From the IMG/VR virus record IMGVR_UViG_3300002026_000019, positions 5,684 to 69,683 of that record: DNA of 64,000 bases. One strand, written 5' to 3'. Positions within the stretch are counted from its first letter, which is position 1; each line of letters begins with the position of its first letter. The notes below the pieces were generated by a model that was not told where the DNA came from, ran no database searches, and worked only from the letters and a program-made list of their open reading frames with translations. The position numbers and the translations under genes were made by a program. Shown piece after piece: positions 18,201 to 26,980 of the stretch. Source of the DNA: a virus. Its lineage: Duplodnaviria > Caudoviricetes.

Positions 18201-21023
18201 CAGGAAGCTGTTACCGATGATAACGATGGTGTTTGGTGGAGCCTTCTGAATCATTTCCGTCAGCTTCTCGTCACTCCACGTGCCGTATGTTTCAGTCGTG
18301 ATCGGAATTGTGTTCCAACCCTTGAACGACTTGTGGCAATCTTCAATCCAGTTTGCAACCAGACGGTTTGGGCAGATCACATACGGGCGCTTAATCAGGC
18401 CGTCCGCGTACAACATCGAAATGTCTGCAACACCGATTGTCGTCTTACCACCGCCCGGCGCGATGTCGAGAATCGCAATCTTCGGGTGGTTCTTCAGCAA
18501 CGTCAACGCTTCAGCTTGGTGCGGGAACAGTTTGAAGCCACCAGAACCATCAGCGTTTAGCCCACGCGAACCGGCCATGTTGAGTTGGTCTTCACTTGCT
18601 TTCGGATGCAAGTTGTTCTCGATGATTTCATCGGCTTCCGTGTAAAACTTCTCGCGCACTTCTGGCGTGACGTACTTGCCAAACATCGTGCACATCGGAA
18701 TGACTTCACGTGCAAGAGGAACAAACTGAAGTTGACCTTCAGGTGAGTTCTCAGACCCTTCGAGTGACATGAGGTCTTTGCGCGGGATTGCAAGAACAGC
18801 TTTCACTGCTTGATGGAACACCTGACCGCCAAGATACAGGTAGACACGGTCGAAGTCACCAAGCTGCGACGTCTTACCGTCGAAGTACCGCTCATGGTCA
18901 ATCGGATCGAGACTTTCCTTTATACACTCACGTGCAAGGTTTGTACGCATAACGCCGGAAGCGTCGTGGAGTGCTTGTGCAAGAACAGCAACAATCGTCA
19001 AGCCAGCGCCGTCAGTAGTGCTCGTTGTCAGATCAGGTGCGATGAACGATGTGTAGATTGACTTGTTCGGTTGCGTCACCGACATTTCAAATACTTTGAC
19101 CGCTGCATCTTCAAGCGAAACGATGTTGAGTTCCGCTGCGGCCTTCTTGACCAGTTCGTCGAACGTTGGCACCTTGCCGACTTCAATGAAGTGGTTGTAG
19201 AAGTTTGCGAAGTGCCTGAAGATCGACGAGTGCACAATGCCGTCAGCAGCAAGATCGAAGTGCGAGAAGCCGATGTGACCACGGCCACCTTGCGTACGCG
19301 TGTCGCCGGTACGCGAGAACATATTTTGCATACCAACCGCAAACGTCGAGCGCATGTAAGTTGCGATGTTGAGTGAGTCAGGACGATTTGCACCAACAAG
19401 TTTAGTCGAGACAAGGCGATCAGGATCAGTCGCATTGACCGTGATGATGTTGTTGATGTCCCAGTTGAATGCTTGCAGACTGCCCTTAAACTTCTTCAGG
19501 CTGGCCTTGAGTTTTGAAATCTCTTCCTTGTACTTCGGACTGACGAGGTCAAACACTGCGCCGAGAGAACCAGCATCACCGGCAGCAAGCGGAGTACCTG
19601 CCTCGAAGCTCAATGTGATTGCATCTTCCAGCAACTTTTCGTACGCCTTGGCGTTTGTCATGTCGCTATCGTCAGCGGTCGGCAAGAACGACAAGTCACC
19701 ATTGTCAGTGATGTACAGACCATCCTCGTTGACGCGACCCTTCTCGGTATACAGGCCGAGTTCACCGCGACGCTTAATCAGTTCATTCGACTGCGAGGGT
19801 TGCACAACGTACTTCGGAATCTTGCCGGGAGGAATACCACCACGAGACTTCGGTGGCTTCAGCATTGAAGCACTCCACACCGTCGCCCACGTGTTGATTG
19901 AAATCAACGGAAGCTGTGCGTCCTTGGTCTGCGAAATGTACTCGCAGAAGTCTTTCGGAATGTTGAGAGAAATTGAAAAGTTGATGTTGGGCTGCAACGC
20001 CTGTGCTTCCATGCTGATGCCGAGACTTTCGTCAGGCTTGTCAGCGTTTGCGACTTTGGAGTCGACTGCGAAACGCTTCGGCTCACGCAAAACAACCATC
20101 GACACGTACTCTTGCAGACCTTCGTACTTGCGAATCTTAGTGCGAACAGGAGTACCATCACGTTTCAACTGAACGGCTTCGGTCTCTTGAATAACCTTCG
20201 GTGGATCACGGAAGACCGGCAATGAAACAGCAATACCGGCTTTAGCCAACGGCCCTGTCAGGAACAGTGAGTTGAGCTTTTGCAGAATCGGCCACGGCTT
20301 CGTGGTGATCGGATGCTGTTCAAAGATACGTGCGTACGTAGACTTGAGTTGCGTCGATTGTTCACCGAGCAACAACTTCTGCACCCACCAACCAGTGTTG
20401 ATGATTGCTTGCCCGGCCTTCGACCCAAACGTCGGCTTCAACTGCTCTTGACGGTAACTGTCGTTGTGGACTGGGAGAACGTACGAAGAGTTTTGCGGGT
20501 GACCTGAATTGGCGAGAGGACTCGTGTTGACACCAATCCTACCAAGATACAGAATGTCTTTGCCGCCTTTGTACCGGACGCTGTCACGGATGATGTGGTG
20601 ACCGCCGCGAGACATGCTTGCCATGTAGGACTTGGCAACGTTGTCCAGATCAGTGATCGTCGTGTAGACGTGTTCGATTTCACGGGAAATCAGGTCGCCA
20701 ACTTCTTTCTCGCGACCTTCGTAGGTCGGAAGAATTGCCATGCCATAACGCAGTCCTTCAAAGATTGCGTCAATGTAGGCAGACACTTCGACCATGTAAC
20801 GTGCTTGGCGTGAGTACGTTTGCGGACCACCTTCATGGGGTGGCGGGTGCAGTGCACGAACAAACTCACGGTGACGAACTGGATCAAGGCGAACCGGTGT
20901 CAGTGACGCGAGAGTGTTCTCTTTGTTCTCCGGGTCAACTTTACGTTGACGAGCGCCAGCGGAAAGGCTGAGAACGTCACCGGGTTGAAACATCGGTTCA
21001 GTCTTGTTGATGTAAATCTTCAT
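15285..21023 (-). CDS. Giant SNF2-family helicase/ATPase (1912 aa)
   Basis: DIAPGGGKTT, LIDESHRIKN, ATGTLIQN, GHNLQMA, APWAPGELDQTASRIFR; acidic linker; about 800-aa unassigned N-terminus. Confidence 0.9.
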   Translation of the reverse strand: MKIYINKTEPMFQPGDVLSLSAGARQRKVDPENKENTLASLTPVRLDPVRHREFVRALHPPPHEGGPQTYSRQARYMVEVSAYIDAIFEGLRYGMAILPTYEGREKEVGDLISREIEHVYTTITDLDNVAKSYMASMSRGGHHIIRDSVRYKGGKDILYLGRIGVNTSPLANSGHPQNSSYVLPVHNDSYRQEQLKPTFGSKAGQAIINTGWWVQKLLLGEQSTQLKSTYARIFEQHPITTKPWPILQKLNSLFLTGPLAKAGIAVSLPVFRDPPKVIQETEAVQLKRDGTPVRTKIRKYEGLQEYVSMVVLREPKRFAVDSKVANADKPDESLGISMEAQALQPNINFSISLNIPKDFCEYISQTKDAQLPLISINTWATVWSASMLKPPKSRGGIPPGKIPKYVVQPSQSNELIKRRGELGLYTEKGRVNEDGLYITDNGDLSFLPTADDSDMTNAKAYEKLLEDAITLSFEAGTPLAAGDAGSLGAVFDLVSPKYKEEISKLKASLKKFKGSLQAFNWDINNIITVNATDPDRLVSTKLVGANRPDSLNIATYMRSTFAVGMQNMFSRTGDTRTQGGRGHIGFSHFDLAADGIVHSSIFRHFANFYNHFIEVGKVPTFDELVKKAAAELNIVSLEDAAVKVFEMSVTQPNKSIYTSFIAPDLTTSTTDGAGLTIVAVLAQALHDASGVMRTNLARECIKESLDPIDHERYFDGKTSQLGDFDRVYLYLGGQVFHQAVKAVLAIPRKDLMSLEGSENSPEGQLQFVPLAREVIPMCTMFGKYVTPEVREKFYTEADEIIENNLHPKASEDQLNMAGSRGLNADGSGGFKLFPHQAEALTLLKNHPKIAILDIAPGGGKTTIGVADISMLYADGLIKRPYVICPNRLVANWIEDCHKSFKGWNTIPITTETYGTWSDEKLTEMIQKAPPNTIVIIGNSFLSNLGRTQLVIGNAVEITSNSVEFLKKFEPDYVLIDESHRIKNTTSAIHRAVKTINQLSSVKYGRIATGTLIQNVLSDVVGQAAIYNGQIFRTTDEFDAKHKERILKPDGSFSDNPDYKEDTAKLVRDQLSKFCTVISYKRKEWAFMLPAPIETFVPVQFETGPDDDLGHKLRMFYEAVLKKTMDEAKADKKLRELMAGGPEDEDDNDFNGDDDEAGKKAPEVKDEDDDDDSDNSDELEAALQPYLQRLERLLTDPFGDVDLHDVATEIFGEEVDRESYVSPKVSAVIKRLQFHFAEQPWQKGKVYRAAEMCDFNGKSYIFKSTIAAGTGEEKSDESPDLDTEKWQEQVRGKVFITCRYTRSVDAIYRGLPPDLKKLAVRFHGEVDNKDDNLNKFKKDPKVQILIANEMGISEGHNLQMASRFIRVEAPWAPGELDQTASRIFRPDVGGEYIRQIIFLDWILCDGTLEVAKMGRLISKMLKKTAFDELHNPKYYKGLKTKDLTIIKMSLDNFKKYSNLDELCQVGGVGHSKEIHPNSYIGQYRYMLGETGAEFREMRKTKRTTMIPIEPTAMPESAKTIPFTPWVENMKVIDKDDDGLIPLTEALEDESSELAQSYKKDRKALNGQFVRCEFGLGTIVKTTTKKGKTSDDDNAAGGNEDNEVSKVYIKLAQGGEVRDLSASKVYLALKVTERNKNRLNKIAPKISVADKKRTEGARIKAEKAIEIAKQKAAASQKRTQGLVRPKTAPVPTKPEQDDGVIVELYPVVFNEFLALEAVEEDDTGGKALKKHGFRHFGHFAKLPIANVKSFNAALDWLEEKFTLDGKSVRHLSALAESFSTGKGRKFNIELAPVADLPRFFKMSHTPTVVKNKRRPELKVYPVLLSGKLMLVVDLATNPAFVARSGLTTNIPGMVGVKKFTQAPGSDLCFLPQKKQALIDKVKELMDSGIKVSNLKELKAEVKELNLKAMMTHVD

Positions 21024-21430
21024 TTGATTTCTCCGTCCAGAGCGAGGGTGTCAACCCAAACATCGAGGGGGCGAACCTTCAACTCTACCGCCCTATTGCG
21101 TAAAGCCTTTGCAATGATGTAGCGTATTGGTTTTGGGTGTTGCAGCAAGTACTTCTTGTCGTACAGATTCAACTGCTGTTCATCAGCGTTTGAAACGCGT
21201 CGAGCGATGATTGCTGAAAGCTCCGTGACCTCTTTCTCGGTCAACTCTTCATCATCTGGAATCAACTTCATCGTCAGTTCCGAAACCTGTGCTTCAAGGT
21301 CGGAAACCTTTTTCTGCAACGATGCAATCAACTCAGGTGATGAGTTTGTAATAAGCTGTCCAGCCAACGCTTGTGCCTCAGACGATACTGAGGACACGGA
21401 CACGAGTGCTTGTAAAAGGCGCTTGTGCAT
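21020..21430 (-). CDS. Hypothetical protein (LVSVSS near N-terminus)
   Basis: ATGA overlap with the SNF2 gene. Confidence 0.65.
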   Translation of the reverse strand: MHKRLLQALVSVSSVSSEAQALAGQLITNSSPELIASLQKKVSDLEAQVSELTMKLIPDDEELTEKEVTELSAIIARRVSNADEQQLNLYDKKYLLQHPKPIRYIIAKALRNRAVELKVRPLDVWVDTLALDGEIK

Positions 21431-21434
21431 ATTG

Positions 21435-22172
21435 TTACCCCTTCAACTTTGAAAATGCTTTTGCAAACGCCGAACGGATCATCAAGTCTCGTCGTGACGA
21501 CGTTGTCCAAGGTGTTCGGTCATTTGGTATTTGTGTAATTATTCGGAGAACCAAAAGTTGATTCGCAGCGCGGACTACATTGATATGCGAATCACCACCA
21601 ACATACAGCGGCAAGCGTTTCAAGTTTGACTCTTGCGTAATCAACAGGTTGTAGGTATCCAAAGCAGATTTTGGCTTTGCTTTCGATTTGAGACTAGTCT
21701 TCTTCCAAGACTCACGCAACTGGCTTGGAAGATCACCAGTGTACAACGTCCCTTGCAGCTTCGCCAACACTGAATCCAGAGGCTCTTTGCGACGCGGTTC
21801 AAGAACTAGGTCTAAGCGCAGAATTCGTTTGTTGCCACGTAGGTCATGTTTCATGTAGAACGAAGACTTCATGACGCGCAGTACTTCAAACACGCCAAGT
21901 TTGAAAACTTGTGTCCCCAAGTCTTTTGCAACTCCCGTCAACTCTTCAGTCAGCAACTCTCGGTAGGCAACACCGGGTTTAATCTGTGGAGCACGGACAT
22001 GTGATTGGTGAAGCCAATGGAAAAAACCGAGCACCGTCATTACACGGTCTCGGAGAGAGTTTGTTGGCGGATACCGGTGCGCATCCCAAGAGTCTTGAAA
22101 CTTTTCGGGATCAAGACACTTAGGCAAGCCGGATTCCCCAACGATCTTAATGATTGTGTTGACGACGTCCAT
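21435..22172 (-). CDS. Hypothetical protein
   Basis: 245-aa ORF in the operon. Confidence 0.65.
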   Translation of the reverse strand: MDVVNTIIKIVGESGLPKCLDPEKFQDSWDAHRYPPTNSLRDRVMTVLGFFHWLHQSHVRAPQIKPGVAYRELLTEELTGVAKDLGTQVFKLGVFEVLRVMKSSFYMKHDLRGNKRILRLDLVLEPRRKEPLDSVLAKLQGTLYTGDLPSQLRESWKKTSLKSKAKPKSALDTYNLLITQESNLKRLPLYVGGDSHINVVRAANQLLVLRIITQIPNDRTPWTTSSRRDLMIRSAFAKAFSKLKG

Positions 22173-22174
22173 GA

Positions 22175-22669
22175 TTAGGCCAGTGCTTCAGTCGTAAACT
22201 TCAGGGACTCGACATTCACGTTGCTGGCGAAGTACTTCATCGTTCCGGCAACCATGTTTGCCAAGTGTTCGGTGTCAAGCTTTGACCAGACGTACGTCTT
22301 GTCACCGCGCTTCGCCATTTCAGCACCAACCAGTTCCGCAAGCTTGCGAATCTCGTCATACTTGGTTAGCGAACGACCGCCGCGAATGCTCAACACGGTA
22401 TTGGACTTGACGGTCTTGTACTTCGGTGTTGCAATTCGGATGATGAAGTCACCCATGCCAGCACGAACGCGGTCAAGCTCGACGCGCAAGTAGCTGAGTC
22501 GTGGGAACTTCGATTCCGCATCAACGGTGGGTCCGGTTGAAACGGGTTCTTCTTCAGCTTCAGGTTCTTCAGCTTCGTCAGCAGAGACGGAAAGCTCAAC
22601 GTCTGTGCGCTTGTTGAATTTGATAAAGTCACTGAAACGACTATCACGTTCATGGAAAATCGAAGGCAT
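22175..22669 (-). CDS. Hypothetical protein (internal LSVSA motif)
   Basis: 164-aa ORF with a GGAG RBS. Confidence 0.7.
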   Translation of the reverse strand: MPSIFHERDSRFSDFIKFNKRTDVELSVSADEAEEPEAEEEPVSTGPTVDAESKFPRLSYLRVELDRVRAGMGDFIIRIATPKYKTVKSNTVLSIRGGRSLTKYDEIRKLAELVGAEMAKRGDKTYVWSKLDTEHLANMVAGTMKYFASNVNVESLKFTTEALA

Positions 22670-22678
22670 GGCTTACTC

Positions 22679-23365
22679 CTAGTGTCTTTTGCTTTTTACA
22701 GTTTTGGTTGCTGGTTGGTTTCCACCGATCAGAATGTCCTCAACTGACTGGCGAATTCTACCGTGGCTGTTTTGCAACCCAAGGCCAAGCTGCTTAATCA
22801 ACTCATCGAGTTGACTTAGTGCAAATGGCGTGTCGTTTGGTTTCGTTGACTCCATAATCAACTTGCGAAGCTGGTAATAAACGTCCGTCACCAATTGCGT
22901 GACTTCGCTAACGAATGGAGTCAAGGACTGGTCATAGATCATACCAACCTGTTTGGACATGTCGGTCAACGTGCGCAAGTCAGCAATGACCTCGCGCTGC
23001 TGTGACATGAGTGTACTCAACGCATACACGTCACGAGACGTCAGTTCACCCTGAAGTTGTTCGTGGAAGCGTCTTATCAGACCTGCATTGTATCGCAGCA
23101 TCTTTTCGTACTCGCTGAGAAACACAGCTTCACTACCACCTGCAACCATGTGCAAGTCGGAAACTTCAGCATCAATTCTATCAGACTGTTCAACAATTGC
23201 AAGTGCTCGACTCTCAAGCTTGGCTTGACTTTGGGCTGGACGCTGCTTCTTCTTCTTTTTTGTAGGGCCGTGCGAATCCATAACAATGGGTTGCGAAGCG
23301 GGTTTTTTCAACGATCCAAGCGGCTTTGGTGATCCAAGCGGCTTTGGTTTTGCCTTGGTCAGCAT
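22679..23365 (-). CDS. Hypothetical helical protein with basic N-terminal tail
   Basis: Start moved to MLTKAKPKP to remove the overlap with the upstream gene. Confidence 0.65.
   Translation of the reverse strand: MLTKAKPKPLGSPKPLGSLKKPASQPIVMDSHGPTKKKKKQRPAQSQAKLESRALAIVEQSDRIDAEVSDLHMVAGGSEAVFLSEYEKMLRYNAGLIRRFHEQLQGELTSRDVYALSTLMSQQREVIADLRTLTDMSKQVGMIYDQSLTPFVSEVTQLVTDVYYQLRKLIMESTKPNDTPFALSQLDELIKQLGLGLQNSHGRIRQSVEDILIGGNQPATKTVKSKRH
23313..23348. repeat. 18-bp tandem duplication (encodes PKPLGS twice)
   Basis: gatccaagcggctttggt x2. Confidence 0.9.
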
Positions 23366-23378
23366 GAAACGGTTCCGA

Positions 23379-23576
23379 TCATTTTTGTGTTGGCTGCACT
23401 GTTGGCCACTTACCAACTGGACAAGCTGCATGTTCCAGTTTTGATTTAGCACTTAGCAGACAGCCGCATTGTCTACAAACATCGGCACCGAAGGCGTGTG
23501 TTTTATCCGGGCAGTCTGCACAGATTTCCAAACGCTGCGCCGCAATCAAGCGAGTAGCGAACACTTTCGGAAGCAT
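23379..23576 (-). CDS. Cys-rich small protein (DUF6171-like)
   Basis: RLEICADCP...CRQCGCLLSAK...CPVGKW pattern. Confidence 0.7.
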   Translation of the reverse strand: MLPKVFATRLIAAQRLEICADCPDKTHAFGADVCRQCGCLLSAKSKLEHAACPVGKWPTVQPTQK

Positions 23577-23580
23577 GGTG

Positions 23581-24204
23581 TTACTCCCCAAGGGCGCAGT
23601 TTGTTGCCAAACGTTTGAGGAACCGTGCTGTCTCTTCAGGTGAACGTGCTTGGTCAATCGGGTCGATGTCCAAAACCTTACCGCCGCTTGTTGAGACAAT
23701 GGCCTGAACGATCGTCATGTCGGTTGGTGAAGCGAGACCCTTTGCTTGCAGCGACACAACTTGTTCACCGACTTCGTAAGTGATGGCAAGCGATAAAGAT
23801 ACCAGACCATCACCACCAATGTCAGCAACACGAATCGTGGTGCCGGGCATGCGTCGTTCAAGGTTGGTCTTGACAGCACGTGATGCGCTGAATTGTGTTG
23901 TTTGCGTTGCCGGATTGTAGATGACGTCACCGGACGTTGATACGATCTTGGTTTCCACTTCTGGCCCCTCTTCATGTTCAAGAATCTGCGCCGCGTCAGC
24001 AGCATCTTCAGGTGTCAAGTCGTTGCGTGCAGAGTCAAGTTTCCGAACCAGACTTCGTTCAGAAACCTTCTTCTTGTCTAGGGCATGTGCTCTGCGGATA
24101 ACTTTTGGTTCTCCGCGACTTAGCCTGTCCCCATCTACGCGATTCACTGCGTCTCGAACACTAGGCTTGCGCCTAGTGAACGAGTTGGAAAGAGCGATTT
24201 TCAT
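23581..24204 (-). CDS. Leader-bearing hypothetical protein (MKIALSNS)
   Basis: GGAGGT RBS; leader variant. Confidence 0.7.
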   Translation of the reverse strand: MKIALSNSFTRRKPSVRDAVNRVDGDRLSRGEPKVIRRAHALDKKKVSERSLVRKLDSARNDLTPEDAADAAQILEHEEGPEVETKIVSTSGDVIYNPATQTTQFSASRAVKTNLERRMPGTTIRVADIGGDGLVSLSLAITYEVGEQVVSLQAKGLASPTDMTIVQAIVSTSGGKVLDIDPIDQARSPEETARFLKRLATNCALGE

Positions 24205-24216
24205 TTCAACCTCCAG

Positions 24217-24951
24217 TTACTTCTTTGCGCGTGTCACCGGCTTGGCCGCAACTTTCTTGACCGGTGCTTTTGCGATTGGTGCTGGTGCACCAGCTTTTGC
24301 AGCTTTCACTGCGGCGGCGAAACGAGTTGCATCGGCCTTGCCGACAGAAACGATGTTGTCTTTGCCGAGACGCACGAGAACTGTCATGCCCATCATGCCC
24401 ATTGATTCGACAATGTCGGTGTCCTTGATGCCAGCGGCAGCCAGATGCGTTTTCAGCATTGCAACCGACTTGCCAAACGTGGCGTTTGCTGCGTCGCGAA
24501 GCTTGCCCTTTTCTTTCGTAACCTTGCCGAGAACAGGTTCGCACTTCTTGATGTGACGTGCAATTGCAGCACCGGCGGCTTTCAGATCAGCATTGAGTTT
24601 CGGATCGTTGATGACTTGCAACAGCACAGCGACGCGTGCCAGCGACTCAGGTGTCATGCGCTTGCGCAACGCCACTTTGGTTGCACGTGCCGCCAGATAT
24701 TTGTGATCGCCTTTGCCAGCCAGTGATGCACTGTACTTGACCGGCTTTGCACGACGCTTGACAACATAGGTGCCAAGAACTTTCGCCGGAGTGTCAGTCT
24801 TTACAGCGGCCTTGACAGCATTCGCAACCTTCAACTGGAGTTTGGCAACAGCGTCGAAATTGAGCATGCCGTCAGCCATGAGATACGTCGTTGCAGCAGC
24901 GGATTCGGAAACGGTGGCGGTGGCAACCATTGCGATTTTCAGTTTGGACAT
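24217..24951 (-). CDS. Ala/Lys-rich protein, paralog of the 25392 gene
   Basis: Shares the MMGxTxLVxL...VSVGKAD..RF..AV domain; ends in an H1-like KKVAAKP tail. Confidence 0.8.
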   Translation of the reverse strand: MSKLKIAMVATATVSESAAATTYLMADGMLNFDAVAKLQLKVANAVKAAVKTDTPAKVLGTYVVKRRAKPVKYSASLAGKGDHKYLAARATKVALRKRMTPESLARVAVLLQVINDPKLNADLKAAGAAIARHIKKCEPVLGKVTKEKGKLRDAANATFGKSVAMLKTHLAAAGIKDTDIVESMGMMGMTVLVRLGKDNIVSVGKADATRFAAAVKAAKAGAPAPIAKAPVKKVAAKPVTRAKK

Positions 24952-24959
24952 GATGGTTC

Positions 24960-25277
24960 CTATAGATCAGATTTGTGGATAAGTTTGACTAGGTATTCTG
25001 TGTTGCAACCGACGGGTACTGACTCATTGCCAACAAGTTGAATGGCGTCAAAGTCACCGTCATTGTAGACATGCGTAACTGCCTTAAACTGTTTGCCAAC
25101 TGTCTTTTCACGACGTGCTTGTGCACTGGACTGCGGAAACTCCAACATCCAAGTATCACCAATAGCAACTTCACGACCATCTTGTAATGTCCGTGAGTGG
25201 CTGGTGCAGATTCAGACTTTCAACCCGCGAACCTTTGCAGGACTTCGGGCGACAGAAGAAAGAACAACATTTTTCAT
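24960..25277 (-). pseudogene. Leader-bearing gene with an in-frame TGA at codon 22
   Basis: MKNVVLSSVARSPAKVRGLKV*ICTSHSRTLQDGREVAIGDTWMLEF...KSDL*; GGAG RBS and a CTAATTT motif upstream. Confidence 0.65.
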
Positions 25278-25316
25278 GGTTTGCTCCGTGAGTTGGTTTT
25301 TATTAGCAGACCATCA

Positions 25317-25326
25317 AATTAGTATT
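25317..25326 (-). promoter_or_regulatory. CTAATTT motif
   Basis: ATACTAATTT lies 40 nt upstream of ATG 25277. Confidence 0.55.
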
Positions 25327-25391
25327 GAATGCACAACGGAAAATGGGAAACCACGGTTTAGGTGGTTTCCCATTAAAACGAGTCGCGTGGT

Positions 25392-26183
25392 TTAGCGACG
25401 TGCAGCAGGACGTGCAAGACCACGTACAGGTTTAGCAACAGGCTTCACAGCACGCTTAACTGGCGCAGGTGCAGTCTTCACCGGGCGCTTTGCAGGTGCA
25501 GTCTTTACAGTGGAACGCGTACCGGCTTTAGCAACAGGCTTTGCACCACGTGCAGGTTTCTTTGCAGGTGCAGCAGAGGCTTCGTTATTTTCAACAGCTT
25601 TGTCGAAGCGTTCCATGTCTGCCTTGCCGACCGAAACAACACCGCCGTTCGGAAGTTTGACCAGAAGCGTCTTGCCCATCATTGATGTGCCAACAACGTA
25701 GTCTTCGCCATCAACAGCCGAATCACCGAGAATGTCGTTGATGAAGCAGTCAATGTTCTTGTCGAACGCAGCGTTGAGCTTGTCACGTTTCTTGGCAGCT
25801 TGTGTCTTGAGACTGGTGATCGACTTCAGCGCCTTGATGTTGTGGCGTTCAATTGCCTTGAGTGCAAGTTGGAAGTCCTTGTAGTACTCGGGGAACGTTT
25901 CCAGCTTCTTGTACGAGCGCAGCAGCACCATCATGCGAACTGCTTGGCCGGACGGTGCAGGACGTTTGCGCATCTTGATTTCTTGTGCGCGTTTCTTTTC
26001 AAACGCAGCAGCGTCAAGACGTGCAGCCGACGGGTGATCTTCACGGACAATTGCTTTCTTCGAGTACCAGACTTCACCGTTCTTCAGACCTTCTTCGACG
26101 GCCAGCTTGTCGATGTCCCGAACCAGTTCGATGAATGCGGGAACGTTGATGTAACCGTCAGCGGAGAGAAAAGTGGATGCCAT
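25392..26183 (-). CDS. Basic protein with H1-like PAKK tail, paralog of the 24217 gene
   Basis: SMMGKTLLVKLPNGGVVSVGKADMERF; tail of AKKPA/KPVAK repeats. Confidence 0.8.
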   Translation of the reverse strand: MASTFLSADGYINVPAFIELVRDIDKLAVEEGLKNGEVWYSKKAIVREDHPSAARLDAAAFEKKRAQEIKMRKRPAPSGQAVRMMVLLRSYKKLETFPEYYKDFQLALKAIERHNIKALKSITSLKTQAAKKRDKLNAAFDKNIDCFINDILGDSAVDGEDYVVGTSMMGKTLLVKLPNGGVVSVGKADMERFDKAVENNEASAAPAKKPARGAKPVAKAGTRSTVKTAPAKRPVKTAPAPVKRAVKPVAKPVRGLARPAARR

Positions 26184-26239
26184 TTTGTTCTTTCATGTAG
26201 TGAAAAGGAAATGAAATGTAACGATTGCTATTTACAGTT

Positions 26240-26584
26240 TTACAGCGTGATGGTTAGTGAGTTTTCCTTGACCATCGAAATGTCGTCAAGTTCAGCCTCA
26301 ACCACAAAGCCAACTCCATCAACGTTGTCAATGTGTACAGAAAAGGATTTCAGAGTTGATACGTTGTTTGCAACAAACCCGGTTGCTGCAACAGCCTTTG
26401 CAATCAACTTGCTTGCATCGGCCACCGTCGTCTTGCTGTGCTTCAAATGGATGATAGGCTTTGCAAACGGGTCATCAAGCTTGGTGCCGAATGCCTGTGC
26501 AACACTTCGCACAACCGCAATGTACGTCAAGTAGGATTTGCGAATTGACGAAGGTGTTCCACTCAAACTAATTAGCTTTTTCAT
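26240..26584 (-). CDS. Leader-bearing hypothetical protein (MKKLISLSG)
   Basis: ATGA overlap; strict leader. Confidence 0.75.
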   Translation of the reverse strand: MKKLISLSGTPSSIRKSYLTYIAVVRSVAQAFGTKLDDPFAKPIIHLKHSKTTVADASKLIAKAVAATGFVANNVSTLKSFSVHIDNVDGVGFVVEAELDDISMVKENSLTITL

Positions 26585-26880
26585 TTCGCTGCCTTTCCTG
26601 AGTTGCCGAGAATGTTTGCGAGAGCCGCGTTGATGTGCGTATCATTGATATACTTATACAAACGTGACATGTTATCTTTCATGTAACCAGACTTGCGAAA
26701 CACGTCCCAGTTGTAACGCATATCGGAAAGACCGTGCTTCTGGTATTCTGCATACGCATCAGGGTGCGCTTTGAGCACCGGTGCAATTGCGTCGCGGATC
26801 GCATCATAATCTTCCTGCGTAATCTTCAACGTCTTTGTTTTCTGCCGAACCGCGTTTGCGGCATTGATCGAGATTTCCAT
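26581..26880 (-). CDS. Hypothetical protein (MEISINA; MRYNWD...NDTHINAAL motif)
   Basis: AGGGT RBS; directly downstream of a consensus sigma70 promoter. Confidence 0.75.
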   Translation of the reverse strand: MEISINAANAVRQKTKTLKITQEDYDAIRDAIAPVLKAHPDAYAEYQKHGLSDMRYNWDVFRKSGYMKDNMSRLYKYINDTHINAALANILGNSGKAAK

Positions 26881-26923
26881 ATTTCACCCTTTAAGAGTTG
26901 ACGACGGGGGTTGCTACGACTCC

Positions 26924-26953
26924 ATTATATCACAAGTCGGCACCCCCTGTCAA
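26924..26953 (-). promoter_or_regulatory. Consensus sigma70 promoter with extended -10
   Basis: TTGACA-N18-TATAAT with TG one base before the -10 box. Confidence 0.8.
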
Positions 26954-26980
26954 CCAATATATTTCAAGCCCGGTCAGCGT

